A DNA stretch of 64,000 nt. It comes from Candidatus Latescibacterota bacterium. Lineage in GTDB: Bacteria > Latescibacterota > UBA2968 > UBA8231. Location of the stretch: positions 3,712,001-3,776,000 of the forward strand of contig OZ241889.1 of assembly GCA_965203355.1 (NCBI GenBank), written 5' to 3'. This document shows positions 38,823 through 50,800 of this stretch, piece after piece. The notes under the pieces were generated by a model, which did not search any database, was not told where the DNA came from, and saw nothing but the letters and a program-made list of their open reading frames with translations. The first letter of the stretch is position 1, and each line of letters begins with the position of its first letter. The position numbers and the translations under genes were made by a program.

Positions 38823-40457
38823 ATGCCAATAACTTTCAATTTACTTACCGATGCTTTTTTTCCAGTCGTCACGCGCCATGAAGCACAAAAGTGGTGTGCC
38901 TTCCCCGAATTGGTGGCCGGGGCCAACGGCTCGGAAGGAGACTACCCAGTTGAGTTCAACTGGCCACGACCGGATTTTAATATGGCCTGCTTTGAGTTCT
39001 GCGTCGGCGTGATTGCACTGACCTTTGACATCCGCGACGAGGACGAGTGGCGTGAATTTTGGACCAATCCACCGAATCGAGACGGGCTCGCCCAAAAGCT
39101 GGCCCCCTTCGTCCACGCCTTTGATCTCAACGGCGAAGGGCCGCGCTTTCTGCAGGATTTTGAACCTCTTTCAGGCGCAGCGACCGATATTGAATCACTG
39201 CTTATTGACACCCCCGGACAAAAAGGACGCCGCGAAAACTCGGATCTGCTAACTCACCGCAACCGCTATGCTGTTCTTGGCTTGCCGGCTGCGGCTATGG
39301 CCCTGTACTCCCTGCAAGCCTACGCGCCATCTGGCGGCGCCGGGAACCTTACCTCCATGCGCGGGGGTGGCCCATTGACCACGCTGGTCGTTCCGGTCGC
39401 TCAAGACGATGCGCTTCCCGTGCCTTTGTGGCGCAAAATTTTTGCTAATGTAGTACCCGATGAACGGCTGAGAATAGGCGAGCTGCCCAAAGCCTTGCCT
39501 TGGCTGGCCCCAACTCCTTCGAAGGGGCACACGGTGTCTTTGGCAGACGCCCACCCCTTGCAGACGTATTTCGGGATGCCGCGGCGCATTCGGTTGGGTT
39601 TTTCTAGCGAGCCGGGGATCTGTCCCATGACCGGATGGAAAGGGCCACAGGTCACCGAATTTGTTCAGCAGCCTTGGGGCACAAAATATGGAACATGGCA
39701 GCATCCGCTGACGCCGTATCGCCGCCAGAAAGAGGCGGGGGAGCCGTATTCAGCCAAACCAAAATCGGGGCGCTTTGGCTATGGTGCTTGGGTCGCCGCC
39801 ACAGTAGGTAGCAAGGAGGGCAAGCTGGCTGAACAGGCCAAAAATATCAAGATCGCCAAGAATGCTCGCCGCTACGCCTTCGCAGCCGATGCCCGGGTTC
39901 GGGTCGGCGGTTGGGCCATGAACAACATGGAAGCAATCACCTATATCTTCGCCGAAGAGCCTTTACATCTGGCGAAGAAGGAGGAGCAACAACAAGCACT
40001 CGACGATCGTGCCCGAGATTTCTCCGAAGCCGCCGACCAAGCGGTTTTTCTGTTGTTAGCAGCCTTGAAAAAGGCACTTTTCAGCGGCCAGAAGAATACC
40101 TCAAATGATAGGGGAATTCTCGACCAAGCACGGACAGATTTCTTTGGCACAACGGAGAATGCATTTCACCAACTGCTCGACGACTTGCTCCAAGCAATGC
40201 CCGAAGATGGTTCCTTAGCCGACATGAACGATTATGCCCAGCACTGGCTAAGGATCATGCACAGCGCAGCTCTTGCTACCTTCGACCGCCTAGCACCAGT
40301 GCCCTTGCAAGACGCCGAGAAGGCCAAGGCTGTCGTCAACGCCTACGGCATCTTGAACGCAACCTTTGCTGGCCGGACCAAGGAGAGCAAAAAACTTTAT
40401 GGCAAACTCCAACTTCCTTTGCCCAAAAAACCTCAAACCCAAAAGGAGGCCCTTTAA
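38823..40457 (+). CDS. casA: type I-E Cascade large subunit Cas8e/Cse1
   Basis: FNLL, PRPDF, F.L.GEGPRFLQD, AP.GG.G...MRGGGPLT, HPLTPY; operon position. Confidence 0.92.
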   Translation: MPITFNLLTDAFFPVVTRHEAQKWCAFPELVAGANGSEGDYPVEFNWPRPDFNMACFEFCVGVIALTFDIRDEDEWREFWTNPPNRDGLAQKLAPFVHAFDLNGEGPRFLQDFEPLSGAATDIESLLIDTPGQKGRRENSDLLTHRNRYAVLGLPAAAMALYSLQAYAPSGGAGNLTSMRGGGPLTTLVVPVAQDDALPVPLWRKIFANVVPDERLRIGELPKALPWLAPTPSKGHTVSLADAHPLQTYFGMPRRIRLGFSSEPGICPMTGWKGPQVTEFVQQPWGTKYGTWQHPLTPYRRQKEAGEPYSAKPKSGRFGYGAWVAATVGSKEGKLAEQAKNIKIAKNARRYAFAADARVRVGGWAMNNMEAITYIFAEEPLHLAKKEEQQQALDDRARDFSEAADQAVFLLLAALKKALFSGQKNTSNDRGILDQARTDFFGTTENAFHQLLDDLLQAMPEDGSLADMNDYAQHWLRIMHSAALATFDRLAPVPLQDAEKAKAVVNAYGILNATFAGRTKESKKLYGKLQLPLPKKPQTQKEAL

Positions 40458-40987
40458 TGCAGCATGTTGAAACGCTCACTGATGCCGTGGAAAGCTGGAG
40501 GCAAGAGCTTCATGATCCAGATCACGGAAACCGGGGATCCCGAGCGAGACTAAAACGCTGCGACAGCATATTAGACGCTCTGTTGGAGCCAGAAACCCAC
40601 AGGCTGATCGCCCGTGTTCATGAACGGGCTACTAGCTATATACCTGAGCGGAAACTCCCCATACTAGCCTTGGTCTTGGCACGGGTTGAGCATACGGCCA
40701 ATTCTCCCACTTTCGCTAAAGCCTTGGGCTTTACGTGGGAGAATACCATTCCCACCAGCGACACCCGTCCTCGCCTGTCGCCCATGCGCTTCAGTGCGCT
40801 GCTCAGGGCCGGCGCGGATGCGGATATGGACGACTTCGCACGAGCATTGCGCCGGGCTCTGGCCATCCTAGGCGACACTCGATTTAACGTCCGCCGCTTT
40901 ATCCGCGACATGCTTTTCTTTAACGATCAGACCCGGCGCACCTGGACCTTTGAGTACTATCATACGCGCCAAAACGACACCTTATAA
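40457..40987 (+). CDS. casB: type I-E Cascade small subunit Cas11/Cse2
   Basis: RARLKRC, LS..RF..LL, W..EYY; operon position. Confidence 0.88.
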   Translation: MQHVETLTDAVESWRQELHDPDHGNRGSRARLKRCDSILDALLEPETHRLIARVHERATSYIPERKLPILALVLARVEHTANSPTFAKALGFTWENTIPTSDTRPRLSPMRFSALLRAGADADMDDFARALRRALAILGDTRFNVRRFIRDMLFFNDQTRRTWTFEYYHTRQNDTL

Positions 40988-41015
40988 AACAACCACCCCA
41001 AAAGGAGACTCAATT

Positions 41016-42125
41016 ATGAGCCGCTTTGTGCAGATGCACCTTCTGACAGCCTATCCGCCATCCAACCCCAACCGAGACGACCTCGGCCGTCCCAAAACCG
41101 CCGTTATCGGCGGCGTATCACGCATGCGTATTTCCAGCCAGTCGCTTAAACGAGCCATCCGCACCGACGAGGCTTTCCGGGCTACCCTGATGGGGAATCT
41201 GGGTGAGCGCACTCAGCGCATGGGCGACAAGGTGCGAGCACACCTACTTGAACAGGGTGCGTCTGAGGACAAGGCCCTCGAAATCGCGCGAAAAGTCGCA
41301 GACCTATTTGGGAAGGTAAAAGGGAAAGACGACGATAAACCCTATATCGAACAGCTAGCTTTCATCTCACCGGAAGAACGCAATGCGGCCTTCAAGTTGG
41401 CAGAAAGAGTACTTGCCGGGGAGTGCCCGCTTCTGCTTAAAAAGGATAAGTTGACGAAACAAGAAGAGAAGGAGTTGAAAGAGTTGACGAAACAAGTCCT
41501 ACGCAGTGCCGACGGTGCTGTTGACATCGCCATGTTCGGTCGCATGTTAGCCGACAACCCAGACTTCAATCGCGATGCCGCTGTACAGGTAGCTCACGCC
41601 TTCACCACTAACCGGGTCGATGTAGAAGACGATTACTACACGGCTGTTGACGACTTGAAGACCTCGGCAGAGGATGCGGGCGCGGGATTCATCGGCGAGG
41701 CTGGTTTCGGCGCGGGCGTCTTCTACCTGTACATCTGCGTGAACCGAGATCTGCTTTTGCAAAACCTTTCGGGTGATACAGACTTGGCAGGCCGAGCACT
41801 CGCCGCCCTAGTACGCGCTGCGGCGACCGCCTCTCCTTCTGGCAAGAAAAACAGCTACGCCAATCACGTACGCGCCGAATACCTGTTGCTGGAGCGCGGG
41901 GACGCCCAACCTCGCAGCTTGGCCAGTGCCTTCACTAAGCCGGTAGGTTCGGGCGATCAACTCGCAGAGTCCGTAGAGAAGTTGAAGAAGCAGCGCACCG
42001 ACTTTGAGAAAGCCTATGGTAAGGATTGGAGCGACGATATTGAACTTCACGTAGGCAAAGAAGCCAGTGCTACGCTGGATCAACTGGCGACCTTCGCAGC
42101 GCAAGAGATGGAGCGTTTGGCATGA
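41016..42125 (+). CDS. casC: type I-E Cascade backbone Cas7/Cse4
   Basis: Start after AGGAG; NPNRDDLGRPK, RISSQSLKRA, DIAMFGRM, DYYTAVDD. Confidence 0.95.
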   Translation: MSRFVQMHLLTAYPPSNPNRDDLGRPKTAVIGGVSRMRISSQSLKRAIRTDEAFRATLMGNLGERTQRMGDKVRAHLLEQGASEDKALEIARKVADLFGKVKGKDDDKPYIEQLAFISPEERNAAFKLAERVLAGECPLLLKKDKLTKQEEKELKELTKQVLRSADGAVDIAMFGRMLADNPDFNRDAAVQVAHAFTTNRVDVEDDYYTAVDDLKTSAEDAGAGFIGEAGFGAGVFYLYICVNRDLLLQNLSGDTDLAGRALAALVRAAATASPSGKKNSYANHVRAEYLLLERGDAQPRSLASAFTKPVGSGDQLAESVEKLKKQRTDFEKAYGKDWSDDIELHVGKEASATLDQLATFAAQEMERLA

Positions 42126-42826
42126 GTGCATGGCTGATCGTCACCCTTGCCGCACCCATGGCCAGCTTCGGCGAAGAGGCGGGCAATGTACGGCGTGGCA
42201 CGACCGACAGGCCGGCACGATCAGCCCTATTAGGGCTGGCTGGTGCGGCACTAGGCATTGATCGCGCCGATCCAGAGGGACAGCGGGCACTTGCTGCCTC
42301 CTTCCGCGTCGCTACTCGCACACTGTGCGCCGGAACATTGGCGACGGATTTTCACACTTACCAATCGCTGCCTTCGGCCAAGGGGCGTCCCCGCACTCGG
42401 GGAGATGCACTGGCTCGTTCCGCGGACCTCGCGACCCGTATCACCTACCGCGAGTACCGCGTGGATGTGCATTATCAGGCGGCGTACCGAGCCCGCTCAG
42501 GTGGGCAATACTCGTTGTGGGATCTCAACGCCGGGTTTGAGAAACCGGCTTATACATTGTATTTAGGACGCAAGTCTTGCCCACTATCGCGCCCACTCGC
42601 GCCGGAGATCATTGAGGCGCAAACCATCATTGAGGCGTTCAAGCACTATAGCGACCAGTCGAATGGCCTAATTGCCGTGGAAGATCGGGCGGACCTCGGC
42701 TCTCCCCACGCTCCCTTGCGCACGCGCCTGCGAATGGACGAGCCGGGCGACCGCACGAGTTGGCAGTTCGGGCAACGGCGCGAATACGAATACGTTCCCA
42801 CCGACAGCGAGGAGGCTTTGCAATGA
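42122..42826 (+). CDS. casD: type I-E Cas5
   Basis: APMASFG, P.RSALLGL..AALG, DFHT, LYLGRKSCP. Confidence 0.93.
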   Translation: MSAWLIVTLAAPMASFGEEAGNVRRGTTDRPARSALLGLAGAALGIDRADPEGQRALAASFRVATRTLCAGTLATDFHTYQSLPSAKGRPRTRGDALARSADLATRITYREYRVDVHYQAAYRARSGGQYSLWDLNAGFEKPAYTLYLGRKSCPLSRPLAPEIIEAQTIIEAFKHYSDQSNGLIAVEDRADLGSPHAPLRTRLRMDEPGDRTSWQFGQRREYEYVPTDSEEALQ

Positions 42827-43554
42827 ATGGACCCCTTCACTTCTCACGTCTTACGTTACGGCGCGACGCCTCAGTAGTTCCCTTGCTCCAAGTCCTTCAA
42901 CCAGCGAATTCATCTGAGCGTCTTGCTGTAGATCACCGGCTGATCTGGACGGTCATTCCAGAAGAAGTGCGTACTGAAGTGGAGCAGAGCCGGACTGCCG
43001 GTACGCCTAAATCCGCGTTTCTTTGGCGGGCCGACCGCCAGCGCGGGCGGTATTATCTGCTCGGCCCCAAGCCTTTGGAAAATTCCTTCTTCACTATCGA
43101 GACGAAACCCTTCGAGCCGGCACTATCGCCCGGCGACAGATTAGCGTTTGATCTGCGCCTTAACGCTACAGTTGATCGCAAGGTTGGCGTGGATAGTAGG
43201 GGAAAGGCCATTCGGCAACGCTGCGATGTGGCTATGGACCTGCTCAAGGCGGAGGTGAAACTCGATCGCGCCGCGGCTCGGACGCGGTGCGCTAACAAGG
43301 CGGCCTACAACTGGCTAAAAACGCAGGCCGCGAAACACGGATTCCACCTTGATACTAACACCCTGCGGCTGATAGGCTATCGCGCCGAGCGTTTTGCGCG
43401 GCAGAGTGGGCGGTTCGGTACGTTGGGCATCTTCGATCTCAAAGGTGCCCTTATCATAAACGAACCCAATTTGTTTCTGTCCCGTCTTCGGCAAGGCTTT
43501 GGGCGTGGCAAGGCATTTGGCTGCGGCCTAATGCTCATACGCAGGATCGCTTGA
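42823..43554 (+). CDS. casE: type I-E Cas6e/Cse3 crRNA endonuclease
   Basis: ATGA overlap with casD; HRLIW, FDLRLN, GFGRGKAFGCGLM. Confidence 0.93.
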   Translation: MNGPLHFSRLTLRRDASVVPLLQVLQPANSSERLAVDHRLIWTVIPEEVRTEVEQSRTAGTPKSAFLWRADRQRGRYYLLGPKPLENSFFTIETKPFEPALSPGDRLAFDLRLNATVDRKVGVDSRGKAIRQRCDVAMDLLKAEVKLDRAAARTRCANKAAYNWLKTQAAKHGFHLDTNTLRLIGYRAERFARQSGRFGTLGIFDLKGALIINEPNLFLSRLRQGFGRGKAFGCGLMLIRRIA

Positions 43555-44507
43555 TGGCTAGCCTTGACAGAATGCCGGGGGCTCCGCCCCCCAAACCCAT
43601 CCCCATAAAGGACCGTACCTCCATCGTTTTTGTGGAGAAAGGGCAACTCGACGTACTCGACGGGGCTTTTGTACTCGTAGATATAAAGGGAGTGCGGACA
43701 CACATCCCGGTCGGCGGGTTGGCTTGCATAATGCTTGAGCCAGGTGCTCGGATCAGTCATGCTGCGGTGGCACTCGCGGCCCGGGTTGGCACTTTGCTGA
43801 TATGGGTCGGCGAGGCCGGGGTGCGCATGTACGCGGCCGGTCAACCAGGAGGTGCCCGGTCCGACAGGCTCCTATGGCAGTGCCGACTCGCGCTTGATCC
43901 TGATGCTCGGCTAAAGATCGTGCGGCGAATGTATCAGATCCGATTTGGCGAGCGAGCACCGCAACGCCGTTCTATTGAGCAGCTTCGCGGAATCGAAGGA
44001 GTACGGGTGCGGACGCTTTATGAGAATTTAGCGCGTCAGTTTGGAGTACAGTGGAAAAGACGCAGTTACGATCCTTCGGATTGGAACTTCTCCGACGTGC
44101 CCAATCGCTGCCTTTCGGCTGCAACTGCTTGCCTCTACGGTATTACGGAAGCCGCTGTGCTCGCGGCTGGGTATGCTCCAGCAATCGGCTTTTTACATTC
44201 TGGTAAACCTCTCTCCTTCGTGTACGACATCGCCGATTTGTTCAAGTTTGAAACGGCAGTGTCAACAGCGTTTCGCATTGCGGGACAGTGCGAGAAGGGG
44301 CGTTTAAGTGCTGCTGAATCGGTGCGCACGGTGCGCTTGGCGTGTCGGGACACGTTCCGCAAAACCAATCTGCTCAAGCGACTGATTCCGACTATCGAAG
44401 ATGTGCTCTCAGCAGGGGAGTTGAAGCCGCCCGATCCGCCGAAAGATGCGGTAGGCCCGGCCTTTCCCGATCCATCTTTAAGCGGAGATGAGGGCCATAG
44501 AGGATGA
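43554..44507 (+). CDS. cas1: type I-E Cas1 integrase
   Basis: LEPG.RISHAA, GEAGVR.Y, QLRGIEG, GF.H.GKPLSFVYDIAD. Confidence 0.97.
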   Translation: MASLDRMPGAPPPKPIPIKDRTSIVFVEKGQLDVLDGAFVLVDIKGVRTHIPVGGLACIMLEPGARISHAAVALAARVGTLLIWVGEAGVRMYAAGQPGGARSDRLLWQCRLALDPDARLKIVRRMYQIRFGERAPQRRSIEQLRGIEGVRVRTLYENLARQFGVQWKRRSYDPSDWNFSDVPNRCLSAATACLYGITEAAVLAAGYAPAIGFLHSGKPLSFVYDIADLFKFETAVSTAFRIAGQCEKGRLSAAESVRTVRLACRDTFRKTNLLKRLIPTIEDVLSAGELKPPDPPKDAVGPAFPDPSLSGDEGHRG

Positions 44508-44782
44508 TGGTAGTGGTAACCAATAATGTGCCGCCGCGTCTGCGAGGCCGGCTTGCGGTTTGGCTGCTAGAACTTCGGGCCGGTGTCTATATCGGCAACT
44601 ACTCGGCAAAGACTCGGGCCATGATCCGCGACAATGTGTACGAGCTCATCGGCGACGGTGATGCTGTGCTCGCGTGGGCCGCCCCCAATGACGCGGGGTT
44701 TGAATTTGAAACCTTTGGTACAAACCGCCGGGTACCCGTGGATTTCGATGGTCTTCGCCTCGTATCTTTTTTACCTAAATGA
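44504..44782 (+). CDS. cas2: type I-E Cas2
   Basis: VPPRLRGRLAVWLLELRAGVYIG, DFDGLRLVSF. Confidence 0.96.
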   Translation: MMVVVTNNVPPRLRGRLAVWLLELRAGVYIGNYSAKTRAMIRDNVYELIGDGDAVLAWAAPNDAGFEFETFGTNRRVPVDFDGLRLVSFLPK

Positions 44783-44885
44783 GTCTTTTCTCGGCAGACG
44801 TGAGATGGTGAATCAAGGAATAAATAGTCGGTACCTATTTTGAACAGTATATAACCTAAACTGTAGCAGTCAGTTACAATTATGT
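44783..44885 (+). promoter_or_regulatory. CRISPR leader
   Basis: AT-rich segment between cas2 and first repeat; imperfect IHF-like TAGCAGTCAGTTA at 44864-44876. Confidence 0.8.
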
Positions 44886-47800
44886 ATGTTCCCCGCACAC
44901 GCGGGGATGAGCCGACGGTCCCAGTCCACCGTTTCGGGCATTTGGGATGTTCCCCGCACACGCGGGGATGAGCCGGATGCGATTAGCACTACGCTCTACA
45001 CCGCGCCATGTTCCCCGCACACGCGGGGATGAGCCGGTGAAATAGATGAAAACCAGAACGCAAACAACATGTTCCCCGCACACGCGGGGATGAGCCGTCG
45101 GCATTGTTCCAATAGATACGGATGGCTCCATGTTCCCCGCACACGCGGGGATGAGCCGCAGCGGCTTTGGGCGCAAAACCCGGAGGTCAAATGTTCCCCG
45201 CACACGCGGGGATGAGCCGTGTTTTTTTTTCCCCCCGTCGACGGGGCGCGTATGTTCCCCGCACACGCGGGGATGAGCCGTCCGGCGAACTGGCTCAAAA
45301 TATGCCCGCTATATGTTCCCCGCACACGCGGGGATGAGCCGGCTGGAGCACTCCGGCTGCCTCTCTGGTACTCATGTTCCCCGCACACGCGGGGATGAGC
45401 CGGTTCATGTCGACCACATCGTCCCGCGCTCGCAATGTTCCCCGCACACGCGGGGATGAGCCATTGTAGATCCTGTAGATCCAATTGGGTCATGAATGTT
45501 CCCCGCACACGCGGGGATGAGCCTATACACAGCGCATTACGGGGCGCAAGTGTTTTATGTTCCCCGCACACGCGGGGATGAGCCGGAAAATAGTGCCCTT
45601 CCGTTTATCGACAAGGGATGTTCCCCGCACACGCGGGGATGAGCCGGACACGCTCCAGACCCGCACGGCCGTGACCGTATGTTCCCCGCACACGCGGGGA
45701 TGAGCCGGGTACGATAGCCCCGTTGGCGTCGGTTACCGGATGTTCCCCGCACACGCGGGGATGAGCCGCCATTGAGTATAAACCCGAAGAAGAAGATGGA
45801 ATGTTCCCCGCACACGCGGGGATGAGCCGGTGGTGCGCCCGGCCGTCAAGGACGTGATGCGATGTTCCCCGCACACGCGGGGATGAGCCGGATGTTATTG
45901 GCGATCTCGCCGGCATTAGCTCATGTTCCCCGCACACGCGGGGATGAGCCGGTATGGGAGTTCATCGGCGTTTTAGGCGAGGGATGTTCCCCGCACACGC
46001 GGGGATGAGCCGGCCACCTGCATCTGCATATGCTCTCTATCCATATGTTCCCCGCACACGCGGGGATGAGCCGCAGTACGTCCTGGGCTCTATTATCGAG
46101 GATCCATGTTCCCCGCACACGCGGGGATGAGCCGAACAGCGAGGGGCTGTTGGTCAACTATGCTTTATGTTCCCCGCACACGCGGGGATGAGCCGTCGTG
46201 CCTGGGTAGAGAATGTTCATCTCCGAGATGTTCCCCGCACACGCGGGGATGAGCCGCCCATCGTACCGCTTGTAATGCCATCGCCGCGATGTTCCCCGCA
46301 CACGCGGGGATGAGCCGAGGATATGCCCGAAGGAAACCCACCTGAGGATATGTTCCCCGCACACGCGGGGATGAGCCGGCCCCGAAGAAATCGTCAGGGT
46401 CCGGTGACGCATGTTCCCCGCACACGCGGGGATGAGCCGGCTCTCTCGGTAGACGTGCCGATATTACGACCATGTTCCCCGCACACGCGGGGATGAGCCG
46501 TAGCCAGGCGCGCGCGCAAAAATGCGCGCACGATGTTCCCCGCACACGCGGGGATGAGCCGTGGGATAGGGTTCGTCGTCATCGTCCGCAAAAATGTTCC
46601 CCGCACACGCGGGGATGAGCCGTGTATCGGGTCATGATTACCTCCTGCTATCGGATGTTCCCCGCACACGCGGGGATGAGCCGGCGCTGGTATAGGCCGT
46701 CGGGCAATCCCGCCCATGTTCCCCGCACACGCGGGGATGAGCCGACGCTGACCGCCACTGTAATCGTCGTCGTCGTATGTTCCCCGCACACGCGGGGATG
46801 AGCCGTGGCCCGCCGGTCGCCATTCTATTTTCAGCGAATGTTCCCCGCACACGCGGGGATGAGCCGGCCATTGGCCGACGCCTAGATGCAGTTCTTGAAT
46901 GTTCCCCGCACACGCGGGGATGAGCCGCACCACGCTTTTGAGAACTGCCATCTAACTACATGTTCCCCGCACACGCGGGGATGAGCCGCCGGCGCCACAG
47001 AACAAGCGTCGTCCGTCGAAATGTTCCCCGCACACGCGGGGATGAGCCGCCGCCAGGCACGCAGACCCATACACCGAGTATATGTTCCCCGCACACGCGG
47101 GGATGAGCCGAGTATGCCGACTTGGAAACGGAATGTTGGGCGATGTTCCCCGCACACGCGGGGATGAGCCGAGGGCGATGCCTACGATGGCTTGTTGGCT
47201 CTGATGTTCCCCGCACACGCGGGGATGAGCCATCACCGGGCTAGCTTCGTCGGGCAATACGGTCATGTTCCCCGCACACGCGGGGATGAGCCGTCTTTCG
47301 GCAAATCCACAGTCGAACGCTAATTATGTTCCCCGCACACGCGGGGATGAGCCGGCCAGTCAGGTCGGCGGAGTGCCTTGGCAAATATGTTCCCCGCACA
47401 CGCGGGGATGAGCCGGCCATGTCGAGCGCGGTGCGTTGACGCCGACCATGTTCCCCGCACACGCGGGGATGAGCCGGCGACCAACGCCGCGGATGCCAAT
47501 GACTACGAATGTTCCCCGCACACGCGGGGATGAGCCGGAGAAATCTATGTCCAGGTTTAATCGTCGGCGATGTTCCCCGCACACGCGGGGATGAGCCGCA
47601 CGGCCGCACAATCGCGGATATAACGCCCTCATGTTCCCCGCACACGCGGGGATGAGCCGCCGCCAAGCCCAAGCCAAGCCAAGCCAAGCCCAATGTTCCC
47701 CGCACACGCGGGGATGAGCCGCCGCCTACCAAGCCGCCAAGCCCGCCAAGCCAATGTTCCCCGCACACGCGGGGATGAGCCGCGGAATTTGACCACTACC

Positions 47801-50800
47801 ACATCCGCTTGGAGATGTTCCCCGCACACGCGGGGATGAGCCGGTCTGGTGAGATGCTCGGGAGCAAAAAGAAGAATGTTCCCCGCACACGCGGGGATGA
47901 GCCGGCTGGAGGTACTCGGGAGACACCACCCAGGACATGTTCCCCGCACACGCGGGGATGAGCCGTAGCGACTTGGTAGCGGCTTGGCGGCTTGGCGGGC
48001 TTGGCTTGGATGTTCCCCGCACACGCGGGGATGAGCCGACTTGGTCGCGGAGGTTACTGATTACGCGTATATGTTCCCCGCACACGCGGGGATGAGCCGC
48101 GCCATCCCAAGCCCAAGACCACGCCCAAGCCATGTTCCCCGCACACGCGGGGATGAGCCGCGCCAAGCCCCAAGCCAGCCAATAGCCAAGCCATGTTCCC
48201 CGCACACGCGGGGATGAGCCGTATCGGCTCGACCAGGAAGCCGACCCGACTAAATGTTCCCCGCACACGCGGGGATGAGCCGTAGAAATGTGCTCCGATT
48301 GTCTCTGCCCTGGAATGTTCCCCGCACACGCGGGGATGAGCCGTCTTTGATGTCTTTCTTTTTGTCTTTCTCGTGATGTTCCCCGCACACGCGGGGATGA
48401 GCCGAGGCAAACAGCGAAACGGCTATGGTCGCTGACATGTTCCCCGCACACGCGGGGATGAGCCGACGTCGCGCGGCGTTCAACTTTGGTTTGTCGGATG
48501 TTCCCCGCACACGCGGGGATGAGCCGAAGTCCTTGTTCGTCTTCTCCGTGTTGCTCTGATGTTCCCCGCACACGCGGGGATGAGCCAGGTGCTGTCGGAA
48601 TCCGGCTCGGCGTTGAAAAATGTTCCCCGCACACGCGGGGATGAGCCGATGAACCCGATTACCCCCCCCACATATCGCGTATGTTCCCCGCACACGCGGG
48701 GATGAGCCGGATGCCCTCGGTCGCCGACAAGATAGGCCGCGATGTTCCCCGCACACGCGGGGATGAGCCGCTCAACAAAAGGAGAATTTGTTCTCGGATG
48801 AAATGTTCCCCGCACACGCGGGGATGAGCCGTTGGCCTTGACGCAGTTGGAGTGTGCGCCCGAATGTTCCCCGCACACGCGGGGATGAGCCGGTCTTGCT
48901 TTCACCCTGATTTGAGACCTTCACATGTTCCCCGCACACGCGGGGATGAGCCGGTCGGCGTCGTCTTGGTCGCCGAACGTTGGTAATGTTCCCCGCACAC
49001 GCGGGGATGAGCCGGCGTGGTAGACGGCGGTGGCGGCCCCCACGGCATGTTCCCCGCACACGCGGGGATGAGCCGACGATGGGCGTGACATCATCGGAGA
49101 CATTGATATGTTCCCCGCACACGCGGGGATGAGCCGTCTGTCAACAAAAAAGATCATCTCATCGCGGAATGTTCCCCGCACACGCGGGGATGAGCCGTCT
49201 ACGTTAATTGCCGCTCTGGCCCCTAAAGGATGTTCCCCGCACACGCGGGGATGAGCCGGCGTACCATGTTGATCTTGCGGCGCGTGGTCAATGTTCCCCG
49301 CACACGCGGGGATGAGCCGGCGCCAGGGCCAATGACAACGCACAGGATCCGATGTTCCCCGCACACGCGGGGATGAGCCGCTCTCGACGCCCGGTCGTCT
49401 TGTTACCCTAAAATGTTCCCCGCACACGCGGGGATGAGCCGTTGAAGCTGAACGGACGGTCGTGGTCCGGCTTATGTTCCCCGCACACGCGGGGATGAGC
49501 CGTTTTCATTGATTCGCCTATTGGTACTCCGCTTATGTTCCCCGCACACGCGGGGATGAGCCGTTATTGTCCACCCCGCGCCTATCGTCCTGCCGATGTT
49601 CCCCGCACACGCGGGGATGAGCCGTCCACGGACCTGCTACCCCATTCACACGAAAGATGTTCCCCGCACACGCGGGGATGAGCCGGTTTGATGGGTTAGT
49701 TTCTTCGGCAAAAAGAAATGTTCCCCGCACACGCGGGGATGAGCCGCTCCGGATCAAAATCCGCCGCGCGACGGCGACATGTTCCCCGCACACGCGGGGA
49801 TGAGCCGGGTAAAGATCGCGTCCCGCCAGGTTACAAGGGATGTTCCCCGCACACGCGGGGATGAGCCAACTTCGAGATCAACCCAGAGGTTAGGGACAAG
49901 ATGTTCCCCGCACACGCGGGGATGAGCCGCTTGACCGGGAGGGCTCGGCCACCGCCACCATATGTTCCCCGCACACGCGGGGATGAGCCGCCGACACGTT
50001 CATTTTCCCGTTCTGGGTCTTCATGTTCCCCGCACACGCGGGGATGAGCCGTCCTTCCGCGCCGCCTGGCGGCGCTGGCCGACATGTTCCCCGCACACGC
50101 GGGGATGAGCCGCGCGGCTCTCTCCGACCCGGATCGAAAATACCATGTTCCCCGCACACGCGGGGATGAGCCTCCCCCAGCGCCCGGACGACCTCGGCGA
50201 TCAGGATGTTCCCCGCACACGCGGGGATGAGCCGTCAACGCCAAGGCGGGCGGCCGCCGCTTCGACATGTTCCCCGCACACGCGGGGATGAGCCGGCTCC
50301 GCCGGAGCGATCGCAATGACCTGCCGCATGTTCCCCGCACACGCGGGGATGAGCCGCCGCAGCTTTCAAATCGTAAAATGCATCAGTAATGTTCCCCGCA
50401 CACGCGGGGATGAGCCGACTACTACAACGATGTTCTCCAGATGGGCTGGATGTTCCCCGCACACGCGGGGATGAGCCGACCGGGCGCCTTGGTCGAAGAG
50501 GCCGTGTTCTATGTTCCCCGCACACGCGGGGATGAGCCGTGATACATGGTAAACGTCTTTTTAAGAGGCACATGTTCCCCGCACACGCGGGGATGAGCCG
50601 TCTCGGTGAGAATAAAACCCTTTTTGCCAGCAATGTTCCCCGCACACGCGGGGATGAGCCGCCGGCGTTGTAGCTGGCGAGGGCCCAATGGAGATGTTCC
50701 CCGCACACGCGGGGATGAGCCGCTATAGCGCGTCATAATAGCCCTCCTCGACTAATGTTCCCCGCACACGCGGGGATGAGCCGACGATGGTTCTGAGTCG

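Noticed and set aside
44504-44782. Cas2 has Asn (TNNVPP) where E. coli has Glu9, possible inactivation
   Set aside because: Cas2 catalysis is dispensable for type I-E acquisition and the array is large and homogeneous
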